Source: the human T2T-CHM13v2.0 reference genome, Homo sapiens. Taken from it: a stretch of 64,000 bases of DNA. A program made the translations under genes and the position numbers. This document shows positions 39,651 to 51,900 of this stretch, in pieces; positions within the stretch are counted from its first letter, which is position 1; the number at the start of each line of letters is the position of its first letter. The notes beneath the pieces were generated by a model that was not told the origin of the DNA, did not search any database, and saw only the letters and a program-made list of their open reading frames with translations. Location of the stretch: the NCBI RefSeq assembly GCF_009914755.1, contig NC_060926.1; one strand, given 5' to 3'.

Positions 39651-42492
39651 ATGAGAAAGGATCCTTCCAATTCTCAAAAGCCATTGAACTCCATTATAAA
39701 TAGCTGTACCATTGTTCAGTTGGGTGGTAAGTTAAATCTGTGTTTTTCTATTTAAATGATATTAAATATTCCCACTACAATATTGAAAAATCCATGAGGA
39801 ATGAAGGAACTGTCATCCTTATCCAAAGCCCGGATTTAAGTCTGCTGAAGTGGCCTGTCAAGTGGATCCTGCATTGTTTGGTCACCCGATGAGATGACCC
39901 CTGAAATATTTTATTTTCCTACCCTTAACTCATTTTGTTGGCTTTTCCTGAAACTTTTATAAGAACACAAAGACTTCCATCCAGTGACCCCAAAGAGGCC
40001 TGGCCATATCCCAAGGAGGCTAAGACAGAGGAGTGAACGCTCATTGTGAACGTTCGTTGTGAATGTTGTGTCCCAGGGCTCTTCAAGCAAAGGCAAGACT
40101 TGCCACAAGGAGTTTACAATCCAGATGATCGAAGCAAACACACTCACTGGTGTTCCTGTATCTCTGATGCTCCCTATTACAGCCCTTTCTTCCACCCAAA
40201 TGTTTCTACCTAGTCCGGGTCTCTTACAAACACTAACTCCTTCTCTTCTGCGTAGAAAAGCCTCCTTACTGCCTGACGTCATTTCTACCAGCCTTCCAGG
40301 TCGAGCTCAATCCCCAAGTCCTCCACGATGCCCCCTGACCACTCTGGCAGGCAGAGCTCCCTGCCTGCACCTCCTAATACCCACCAGCACTGGGCTGGGT
40401 ATAAGATCAGGTCACTCACATGGACTAGTATCTCCTGTCCCTCCTTCTCTCAGCCCAGACCTCATTTCCCACCATTACTGATTTAGGAGAGCTGGTTACT
40501 ATCTTTCCCTACTTCAAGAGACAAATGAGAATATTGGCAAACTGCTTTGAACTCTTTAGAGTCAATGCCACTAACAAGTGCCCAGAACTGACACCACAGA
40601 AGTAACCTAGTTGTTACATAACCCTTTGCAGCTATGTTAACAGAGAAGTAACATAGCTGCAAAAGGAGGTGAAATGCTTTTCCTGACATCTGGAGAAGCA
40701 TGCAAAAAATAAACAACTAAATAAAAAAGGCACAGAGACCCTTGGAGGAGGAGCCAGTTGCTTCCTGTTGAGACACTTTTGTTTCTAAGGCCCGGCCACT
40801 GTGATGCAACAACTCACACTGCCACACAGACATCTTCCTGTATTCTCCCCAACATGTTACCCACTTCAAAGCCTTATAGAATAAGGCTGCCCACTGATCT
40901 GGTGGTCCGAGAGAACCCTCTCTCATAAAGCAAAGCAAATAGCAGATAGGTAAAACATCTTTATCCAACAGTGTTAACCAGGATGCAGCACGCATCTGGC
41001 TAGAGGTGAGGAAGGCCCTGTGCTTGCTCTCACCTGTGCAGATCTATGCCACACCCTTTTGTGCCAGGAGGAAGCAATTGTCTCTTCCGAAGAGTTTAAG
41101 CCTTATCAAAGACTTAGACCAGGGGCTGGGTACTGAGTCAACCTTCCTCTTCCCCAGGCCTGCTCACGCACTGGCTGGCTGAGGGCCCCCATCCAAATTC
41201 CTGGAATTTCAAGGCAACAGGGCGAGTATCGCCGAGCCCTCTCGGGCTGGCTGGAGTTCCCCAGCTGCTGAATCACCAACAGGCTCTACCAGGGCCGAGT
41301 TCTGAGGTTGCAGAGAAGCCGTGCCAAGCTGAGGCACTCTGAAAACCTGTTCCAGCTGACTGGCACTGTGACACGAGGCCTTGAGGTGTCTCTGGAAAGG
41401 GTTACACTTGATTTTCCCAGAGTCCAGGAGGGAGGAAGAAGGGGATGGCGGCAGTGGGCTAGGGACAAAGCTGGGGATAAAGTGGCAGATGCTATAGCTA
41501 TCCACAGGGCCCTGGGCCCTTTGCATTGTGAACCAGCTGAGCAGAGGGCACCTGGCTGACAAGAAGTACAGGAACCAAACACCACCTCTGGAAGGATCCA
41601 TGGGGAGGTTATAAGTCCCTCCCTATCCGTGAAGGCCCATTGGCCCCATCTCAACTTCCCTGGCCTGTGATGTCTCAGAATTACCATCCTCTGGGCCCAG
41701 GTGAGCAGTGGTTCTGCTGGTGTGCACCTCGGGCCAGCAAAGTTAGACTCTTGGTGGCTGAAATCAAACCAAGCCCATCCCCTCAGCTCAGTCAAAGCCA
41801 TGTGTGGGCATCATTCACACAAGTGGCTTGAAAGTAGGGTATGAGCAGGGAGGAGGTAAAAACAAGCAATCCTTGAACTCTGTCCCATTTCCTCCATGTG
41901 AATAGCTTGGTGATGACAAACTCATCCCTGCACCCTGGTGCGCAACACCCTGGACACCCCGGAACCACCCTGCAGAAGGCATTGTGAGGCTTTGGGTTTG
42001 GGCCAATACAAATACCAGTGTGACTTGGCAGAATCTCAGATCAATGCAGCATCAGCCTGGAAGTAGGGGATGGGGGAAGGGGACAATGCTGCCCCATTGC
42101 TAATCCCCACTGTCCACCTTGGGGGCTGGCCACAGGACACCCCTTAGGCATGCTCACTTGAGTTGATAAGGGTGGCTGATTAAGAAGCAAGTTCAATCAA
42201 GAAGGAAACAAATCCCCAGAACTACAGGTTTTCAAGAGTTAAGGGGTAAATACACTTACTTCTTGCAGCTCCACATTTCTCAACCCACATCACACTGCAA
42301 ACTGGCAGAATCTCTAAGTTCTCCTCCTTGGGCCCCAGAAGCAAGGGGCAGGAGGAGGGAGAAGAGGCTAGTAGGGGAGAAAGGCCTGGGCAACAAGTGC
42401 AGGCTCCAGGTGCTGAAGAGGAGGAGTGGACGGGGTGGTACTCAGATTTACTCCCTTTCACTGGGAGACCTTGACCAGACCACCCGCTAGCC

Positions 42493-42697
42493 CAGGGGTT
42501 CTTACTGCTGGTAGCAGATGCCCCTTAGGGAGCATCTGAGAACCTGTGGTGGGAGGTGCTTTCTGACTGTCACAAGGACTAGGGGGCACTACTGGTACTT
42601 AATGGTGGGGCCGCGGATGCTAAGTTTCTGATTTCTGTAATGCACAGAACCTTGTCTTGCTTAACATATTGACAGTGCACTCTGTTGAGAAATTCTG
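42493..42697. mobile_element. MER20/MER20B-type hAT element
   Basis: caggggttct...tgtcacaa...gggggcactactgg...ggatgctaa...gttgagaaattctg. Confidence 0.7.
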
Positions 42698-43744
42698 GGC
42701 CCCAACAGAGAAAGTCTCTTCAACTGCAGGTCATTTAGTTTCCAACTGTATATGGGCAGATGTACCCAAAACTCAGGGGAAATGCAACAAGCTTGTAGTC
42801 ACATGAGCAGACAGGGCCACTCATTAGAGCCTTGAAAATGGTCACAGAAGGACCATGGTGATCCAACCTGCCCCATTTACCTGGAATGCTTTTTCCTGTC
42901 AGCTCTTCCCTCTATTCTCCAGGTCATCAGCCTGTGCCTGTCTTGTCTGTCTCTTTGTATTAACCCAAAGCATTCAGGTTACACAACATGAAGCCTATTT
43001 ATAAAGTAACAAGACTGACAAGTCACAAAACCCACTCCAGGTGTTTTATAGTGGTGGGGTTCCAATGAGACTCGGAAGCCCCAAGAGGGAAGAAACACAC
43101 GGGGATGATGCATTTGACTTTCTTTTGGTCCACTGCCAGATTTTAAGGCCCCTAATGTATCTCCCTCAGGTCAATACATGTTCTTACCAGCCACGTGTAG
43201 CAAAGCTGTTCAGTTAATGCCCCAAATGCACTTAGTTGTATGGGCAGAATCTCATTTATTGACTCGAGACAAACCAGTAAGGAACAAGGCATGCCAACCC
43301 CAGAGCTGTGGGGCAGAGAGCATCATGTATCTTTTAGCAGTGTCAATTTAAAACATTTTAAAGGAAAACAAAAATCCCGGAGAAAATGCAATAGCTCTGC
43401 TATGGGAAAATGGGAGTGGGATCTCCCCTACCAACCCTGCTCTAGTCCATTTTCCCCTTTAACTTTTGCTGGGGAAAGGGCGGTGATGAGAAGCAAAAAG
43501 GAGGGAGAGGGAAAAGAGGAAGTTTTCTGCTAGGATGGTTTAGTTCTAGCAAGAACAGAGACCAGCAGGAAGACTACAGAAAGAAGAATGAAGGTGGCAG
43601 CATTTCACCTTTAAGTCCCATGTAAGAGTGCAGTGAGAAAAGGGTTTCAGGTTACTAACAGTTAGTGTATTTCTGAAGTATTTTCTGGAAAAATTAGACT
43701 CATCTAAATGAAAGTGGTTCAGGAGTCAAAACCAATTGATAAAG

Positions 43745-44525
43745 TGGTCCAGACACTTTAGAAGACAGTTTTTCAGTTTCTTACAAAATCAAACACACCC
43801 TTATACAATCCAGCAATAGTGCTCCTTGGTATTTACCCAAATTAGTTGAAAACTTATCTTCAAAGAAAAATCTGCATATAGATGCTTACAGTAGCTTTAA
43901 TCATAACTGTGAAAACTTGGAAGCAACCAAAATATTCTTCAGTAGGTAAATGGATAAACAAATTGTGGTACATTCATACAATGGGATATTATACAGCAAT
44001 GAAAATAAATAAGCATCAAGTCACATAGAGAAAGCTTAAATACATATTACTGCATGAAAGACGCCAGTCTGAAAAGGCTGTATATTGTATGATTCTAACT
44101 ATATGACAGTCTGAAAAAGGCAAAACTGTAGAGATTGTAAAAAGATCAGTAGTTGCCAGGGGCTTGGGAGAGGGGAGAAAGGGATGAACAGGTGTAGCAC
44201 AGGCAATTTTTAGGTCAGTGAAATGACTCTGTACAATACTATAATGGTGGGTATGTGTCATTATAAATCTGTCCAAACACATAGAATGTACAACTACAAG
44301 AGTGAGCCCTAATGTAAACGAGGGACTTTAGTTTATATCTAACTTTAGTTAACTAATATTAACTTTAGTTAATAATGTACCAAAATTGACTCATCAATTG
44401 TAACAAACATATCACACCAATGCAGGATGTTAATAACAGGTGAAACTATGCAGTGGGGTAAAGCTCTCTGTGCTTTCTGCTCAATTTTTCTGTAAATCTA
44501 AAGCTACTCTAAAAAAGTATTCTAT
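43745..44525 (+). mobile_element. L1MC1/2-type ORF2 end and 3' UTR
   Basis: aaaacttggaagcaaccaa...aaaaggcaaaactgtagag...agaatgtacaactacaagagtgagccctaatgtaaac. Confidence 0.85.
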
Positions 44526-45809
44526 TACCAGCTGATGACAGTTACAGCACTGTGAAGTTGGATGACTTTACTCTGCACTCTGGATTGTCCAGTCATACTG
44601 TTTCCCTAGGTTCAAGTACAACGTCCTTCTCCTAAGGAAGCCATGGCAGGGGCAGCTTGAGTCAGACATTTCTGGAAATGCAGAGGAGACACTGCTTAGT
44701 CGTGGATGAGCAGCCTTGTACGGAGCACTGTGGCTCTCAGCCTCATCTGCTGCCCTGTGGGCTCAGCTGATTGCAAAGACAGACAAAGCTCACTTCCAGC
44801 CTTTGCCATCACTATGAATTCTACCCTGCTGAAAACAGAGAGGGCAGAAGCACGCTTATTTCTCACCTATGGTGAAATGTGTTGAAGGGCTATGTTCAGT
44901 AACATCTAATTTTAGTCAACTAGTCTTAACTTTAGTTAATAATATACCAATATTTTTGATATATTTTGAACAATTGCTCATTAATTGTAACAAACATACT
45001 ACACCAATATCACATGTTAATAACAGGGTCATAGTAGCATGTATTCACAGTGGCTCCCAGGGAGAAGCAATGACCAGCTTCGGTCAGTAGCTGATCTCGC
45101 CGGGCTGGGCTGCCCTGTACCCCAAGCCTCACTCTCACACTGGGAGCATGTCAGACGAGAGGAGGCCGAGAAAAACAATGATCCCTGTGGAAAGAGGCAT
45201 GGAAAAGGCAGGGGTTGGGGGAGTGGGGAGGGAAGGGTAGAACGATGTGGGGGGCGGGTGGGTCTTCCAGAGAAGTCATCTAGTAGAAAGGTTGACAGGC
45301 ACACAGTCAGGAATCTGAGCAGCCTTTGAAACAACCAAGAAAAGCCAGTATCCTGGTTTTAGTGCAACTGGCCTTGCTTGTGTGGTTTCCCACAAAAAAG
45401 ATGATGTATCTTAGGCGCTCTGGCTCTCAGCTGGGGATAAGTTATCAATACAATTTTTAAAAATCTATTGTCAGTGAGCTCTGTGACCAAGAGGGCAGAA
45501 CCTAAGAGTTACTACAAGGGTAGTTTAATTCAACTTCTTGACCCTCCAGCTATATAAGGGAGGGCTCCCAAGTGGGTATCAGACACGGCCTTTATCATAA
45601 AATGAAGCTACAGCTACACAGAATTCTTCCAGCCTCCTCTCCCTGTTCCTTCTTACACTTCAGGAGAGAAAGGTACAAGAGAGCACTGGGTGGGACGAGG
45701 GGGGCTTTTAATTGTCCAGCATCCACCTCTGGTGAAAATGTGTAGCAAGCAGCTCACTCCCATCCCTGGCTTTATCTTTGTTGCCAGCACTGTTACAACC
45801 TGACATTTT

Positions 45810-45960
45810 ATGGTATGTATGTCTGTTTGTTTTCTGTCTCCTTGGGACCAAGTCAGGTGTGTGAGGTGGAGGGGAGTGTTTTTGGTTCACCGTATTCTCA
45901 TTGCCCAGAACAGTGCCTGACACATAGACAAGCTCTCAGCAAACACTTGCTGAAAGAATT
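45810..45960 (+). mobile_element. LINE2 3' end
   Basis: cagaacagtgcctgacacatagacaagctctcagcaaacacttgctgaa. Confidence 0.7.
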
Positions 45961-46199
45961 GTTTCTTTTCAAGCCAAACCTGCCAGGCAGTTCCGCAGAG
46001 ACATCCAGGGGGCATGAACTACAGAAGACAACACTTGGACTCTCCTATTTGAGCAGCAGCACTTTATAAGCACCTTGTGGAATCTAGGTGATTTCCATCT
46101 GGAGTAAGGAGACACTGTTCCAACCTTTCTGTGATGACAGTTCTCCAACAAATAACACAGACACTGGAGCATTTTTCATCACGGATGCGTGTAAATAAA

Positions 46200-46710
46200 T
46201 AGTCATCATGGATGTCTTTTCTGAATAGATGACATCTGACACAGGCCTGAATAAAACGAGGGAGCCAGATCTGGAAATATCTGGAGGAAGAGCACGTGCA
46301 AAGGTCCTGAGGAGTGAATCCCCCCCCCACAGTCCTAGAAAAGAGCAGGTGGCTGCTGTGGCTGGGGGAGGGCACACCGGGAAATGAGGCTGGAGAGATG
46401 CTGGGGCAGACGCCTCCAGTGGGGAGCACTAGGGGCCTGGACTTTATTCCAAGCTGGGCAGCCCCTGGAAGACTTTGAGCAGAGGAGCAATAACATCTGA
46501 TGCATGTGACAGAAGAGACACTCAGGGTCCTGGGGACAGAAGAGGCCTTAAGGAGGCACAAGTGGGAACTGGAAGAATGGGGTGAGATCACTGCAGAAGT
46601 TCAGGCAAAGGTCACAGTGGGGTGGCCACTGGGACATGAGAGTTGTCAGACATAGAATATAACAGAAACAGAGCCAGCAGAACTTCCTGAGGGACTGAAT
46701 GTGGGGGTAT
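46200..46710 (-). mobile_element. LINE2 fragment
   Basis: gcacgtgcaaaggtcctgagg...ggactttattcc...gaagactttgagcagagga. Confidence 0.7.
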
Positions 46711-47132
46711 ACTTTGGCCTCATTCTTCCCTCTGCCTCTATCTATACTATTCCCTGCCTTCTCCTTCTACTTCCTAGGCTATGTTCAACCTCCAAGGCCA
46801 GTTCAAGTACCAATGTCTGCAAGAACCTTTCCTGACCACCTCAGATGGGAGATTCTGTCTCCCTCAAAAAAATTTAAAAAGCAAACATGAAGAAGTAGGA
46901 ACTCAGGCTTAGAGATATCCATTAGCAGGCTCAACTCCTGTGAGAGTCAGACCTACGTGAGTAAATCTTATCTTGGTCTGGATAGTTTAAAACTTCTCTG
47001 AAGCACTTTCAAGTTCCCTTCCAGGGTCTGCCCACCATCCCTGAAATATTAATACTTCAGGATGCTGCCACCTGGAATGAAGGCTTTGTCCTTGGTCATT
47101 CACAGGCAGATCCCAGGGATCTCCATCTAAGG

Positions 47133-47344
47133 CAGTGGTGTCCAATCTTTTGGCTTCTCTGGGCCACATTGGAAGAAGAAGAATAAGAACACACATAAAA
47201 TACACTAACAATAGCTGATAAGCCAAAAATAAAATCACAAAAAATCTTGTAATGTTTTAAGAAAGTTTATGAATTTGTGTTGGGCCACATTCAAAGCCCT
47301 CCTGGGCCACAGGCGGCCCATGGGCCACAGGTTGGACAACCTTT
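47133..47344. mobile_element. MER30 hAT-Charlie element
   Basis: cagtggtgtccaatcttttggcttc...gggccacaggttggacaa; 8-bp TSD atctaagg / gtctaagg. Confidence 0.9.
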
Positions 47345-49590
47345 GTCTAAGGTAACCCCAGGTTTACTTATAAGACATGCATTAAATACCCAGGAGAAAT
47401 TAGCCTGCAGATGACAACGGCTATGCCCAAGGCTTTCTGGAAGCTCACACAGTGTCTCATCTAGCTCAGCACAGACCTCAGCAATACCACCTGCAGGCAG
47501 GTCTGACAGCAACCCAAGCTCAGAGGTGAAGGGTCCACAAGGACCAAAGCAAACAGGCTCGGTGCTGGCCTGGTACCAGAGCACGTGCAAGCTGCAAATG
47601 CCCAGCCCAAGACTGTGCTCTCCTCTAGGTTTCTATGCCCTCAATGTACCACCTCTGCAGCAATCCCTGAGGCCCCAGGTCTCCACTTTCCTTTATATCT
47701 CCACACTGCACCTGTGGGAGAAAGTTTAACAGAGATAGCCACCTCCACTGAAGTGGGTGTGATGATGCTGAGCTGGCTGCTCGGGCAGGAGCACTGAGAC
47801 ATACCCTATATCCTCCAGGGAAAGGAGTCCTCCCCTCTAAGAAAAGGTAGAAGGCAGTGTTCCTTCTGACTAAGAGCCAGACAGAATACTCATGTGATAA
47901 CTCAACAAGGGCCCAAAGTTGACAGACCTGAACGTCCACACAGAGTATGGTCAGTCCCATTAGCTGTGTTTTTTTGCCTCTTACTTCGAGGGGAGGCAGA
48001 CACCCCAGTGTGTCCTGAAGGGTTTCAAACATACCAGTCCACACCCTCATGGGCTCTTTGCCTTGCTGGGAAGCCAATCCTGTCTAACAGGACTCCGTAG
48101 TGATTCTCCATGGCTATGGTACTAGATTTATGGAACACCTTTTAAAGCCTCAAGTACTGCGTTTAAAAAAATAAAAAGCCATGAGATATAAGCAACATAA
48201 GTGGGGACACCTTCAACTAATTCTTAGAAACACATATTTTCCTCATTCTTAAGGAAAAGAGTCCACCATCTCAAGCAAGAATGCAAATACACTGCGCTTG
48301 TATCACCACCTCCATACAGAACCCACAGCAGACATTACTAATTGATCACAGCACTACTTCCTGCTGAACTCAGATGCAGCTTCCAAGTCCTTCTAAACAG
48401 CCACTTCCAAATGATCACAGTTGTCACAGAAGATGGAATATTTCCCACTTGCTTCAAACAATATCTGCTGCTATGTCAAGGATGTGGGTGGAAGGAAAAA
48501 AAGAGGGAAGTGAAGAGAGACTCTTAAGGGTAAAGTATGTCACCAATGAAAACATTGATCAACCCTTGAATGTCACTGCAGAGAATGAACACAAGGGCAA
48601 GAGGAAAGGTGAAATAAGAAGTCCATGAAGTAGGAAATGAAACCTCTACTTGAAACACACCCACACTCTCACATACTCACACAAAATTATTGCCAATGGA
48701 GCAAGAGGTCATCCAGAGACACTCGTTGGTATTGACTACAAAATGAAAGTGGATTCTTTCCCCCCCAGTATAAGGGAGGCAGTACACAAGAATATCAACA
48801 GCTATTCATACCAATCTATCTACCTCCTTAAAGCAAATGGTTTTTATATAAACAAAGTTCCAGATTTTCAGAAAATTTCTGCCTGTGAAGCCTCTGAAAA
48901 TAGCTCATCAGGTGATAAACAGACCAGTTGAAAGCGACGAAACCATTTATGGGAGAAGCTAAAATAGAGAAAACCCAAACCAGCACATAGCTAGGGAGTT
49001 TAGAACAATCCAGATTTTGTTCTTGCTTTCTAATTATCTTATTGGGAACCTAAACATGAGTTTTCCCAAAGTTAATGACTTTATCTTCACGGCCAAGCAG
49101 GGAGGCCATTCATCTACTTTTGCTCTGCCCCAGTGGAGTCAGATGACATCACAGCCCCCAGAGAGCAGGCACGCTTGGCTTTGCCTCCAGCCTCTGGGGC
49201 CTTGGCTCAGGGAAGAGGAGCATGCACACAAAGATAGGGATTCCCTTTCCAACACAATCCTCTTCCTCATTCACAAGGGCGGCTGGTGCCGGCCTTGTTT
49301 AAAGTATATTCAAGGGAAGATGCATATCATATCTTATTTACTGGGATAAAAAACATACACTAGGCTCCTACGCCTGTGGTTCATTTCTCAAGGCTCGGGA
49401 CTCAGAGAAACTGCCCATCCTCTCTTAGCCCATCCCCATCCGTGGCCTGTGAACAGTCACTGCTAGAGCAGAACCCTCTCCCTGCTTTAGGCAGTTCCTC
49501 CCCCAGAGGAGCCAAAAACAGCCAGAAAGTGCTGTTCCCTGATTGTAGGTGGTGAAGCACATCTCTGAATAATTAAGCAAGTGTATATTC

Positions 49591-49892
49591 TTTTTCTTTT
49601 TTTTTTTTTTTAACAGGGCCTCACTCTGTTGCCTAGGCTGGAGTGCAGTGGCACAATCACTGCTCACTGCAGCCTCGACCTCCCTGGGCTCAGGTGACTC
49701 TCTCACCTCAGTCTCCCAAGTAGCTGGGGTGACAGATGCACACAACCACGCCCAGCTAATTTTTGTATTTTTTTTTTTCATAGAGACAGGGTTTCACCAT
49801 ATTGCCTGGTCTTGAACTCTGGGCTCAAGTGATCCGCCCATCTCAGCCTCCCAAAGTGCTGGGATTACAGGCGTGAGCCGCCACGCCCAGCG
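49591..49892 (-). mobile_element. AluJ-type element
   Basis: ctcactgcagcctcgacctccctgggctcagg J-type features. Confidence 0.93.
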
Positions 49893-51659
49893 GTTTATTT
49901 TCTTTACTGCTGGAAAACAGCGTCTTTTCCTTGTTATCACTCACTGGTTCTGTGCAGTTTGGACTCCTTGTGTTCTGAGGTACAAGCTGAAAAGATGAAG
50001 AAATTTCGACCCAAAGGGACTGCTCTGTTATAAAATGTTAAACCTTTTCCCCCTACCCCCACCCCCCAACACCTGCTGAATGTTACAACGGAAGCACATC
50101 AATCAGGTGAGGAAGAAAAATTTTAGATTGTGGGTCACAAAGATTAGCTGACCCAGATGAAGATCAAGGAAGCCTCTAGTGCAATGTGGACAAAAACTGC
50201 AGAAAATACCACAAGGGCCTCTGGTCTGAGCAGCAGAATTTTTAAAAGAAGCTAATGTCTGTGTGTTTAAATCTCAGGAGATAGGTTAGTTTCTTGGCTT
50301 CTGAAAACATCAACTCTTCCTCCCCAACAGACCAGCAGGATAAGCTGCTGGATAGGCTGCTGGTCTTGTTAACTGTGTTAACTATGTTAACTGTTAACTG
50401 TTAACAAATTAACTGTGTTAACACAGTTAACAAGTAGTCAACTTTTGTCGAGGAGAAGGGGTGGGCCCTGCAGTAGATGTAATCTGCTTCAAGTAATTCA
50501 GAGATGTGAATGATTTGGAATTACAAGCAAATTAAGGGGAAACTCTCCTAAAGGAAGACCATAAGGTCCTTTAAATAAGAGACAGATGTTTAAAATCCAC
50601 ATTTTTTTTTTCCAGAAGCTCATTCATTGCAAAGAAGTCTGTCTCACTGGTTGTTTTGTGTGTTAGCAATACACTGTTTGCCAATGCATACAACTCTCTT
50701 TATCTAAAGGAAAAAAAAAAATACACCTTTAACAAACATTTGTAGAATGCACACACTGTGGCCCTGCTCTAACACTTGGGGATGCAGACCCGAACCAGAT
50801 ACTGAAGTGTCCACTATTCGGAGGTACAAAGACCACCCAAAAATGCTGCCAGCTGAATGAAGTTCTTACATACAAGTAAAAGAGCAAATGCTATTTTTGT
50901 TCTCATCTGCTGTTCCTTCAAGTCAGTGGAAATGCCTGTGCTTTTTGTAGGTTCATGTCATCGCTAAAGTTGGTGGGGACAAGTCTGAAAGTAAGCCAGC
51001 TATTAGCAACTGTGCTCTCGCAGGTTCTATCTTTAGTTGGACTGTGAAGAACTAAAAGTGTTAAAGTAAAAGTGTTAAAGACTCTGCAGCCTTCTGCCAT
51101 TGTTTGGGGGAAATGTTGGTGGGGAGGTGTAGAGGGGGATGAGGAGGAGGTGAAGCCAGTGCCCCAGGGGCTGTGGCTCAATGTGCCCCATGACTTCCAG
51201 GCGTGTCACTCACTGGGGGACAGACTGCCTACATCAACAGATCACTCTTCAAATCAAACACCTTTAAAAAAAATTTATGGTAGAAAAGCAAACAAGCCCC
51301 CACCAATGAATTTATTATTAGAGGTTCCTTGGTCATAATAAAATATGTCAAATAGCATGCCTCTTGTGATCATCTGAATACCTGAACTGTTGACTGAAGG
51401 AGGGAAAAAACCACTCTACCATACTTGTTTTTTTATATTTCCTAGCACTGGGAAGGGCAGTATTTCTTTTTAACCAGCATGACAACCACCTATGTGGGAA
51501 TTACTCTCATCATGGTAAATATGTCGGAGAGTGGCTGTCTGAAAGTCTGGCTGCATTTAGCCCAAGTCTGTTACACGATGGTGCTCTCACACACAAACAA
51601 CTCCAGGCACCTCAGCATCCACAGCCTTCCACAGGCTGATATGGAGAGTCAGAATGGAA

Positions 51660-51900
51660 GCAGCATGGCTAGGATGGCAGGCAAGGGTCCTGGGCTCAAA
51701 TCCTTATTCTGCTACTTGCTGGCAGAGGGAACTTGGGCAAGTCACCTAACAATTTTGTGCCTCAGTTCAGTTTTTTTTTTAAATCTCTAAAATGGAGATA
51801 CCATATCTCATAAGATTGCTAGGTGGGTTAAAGGAGTTTGTACAATATGTAAGGTACTGGAAGAACTATGAGCCAGGCAACCTTCTAACTATTGGCCATT
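51660..51900 (+). mobile_element. MIR
   Basis: cttgggcaagtcacctaac...gtgcctcagtt...taaaatggagata. Confidence 0.7.

Noticed and set aside
41209-41801. Long overlapping ORFs (130-171 aa); similar ones at 31203, 35532 and 46064
   Set aside because: GC-rich or L2-derived chance ORFs with no domain-like sequence
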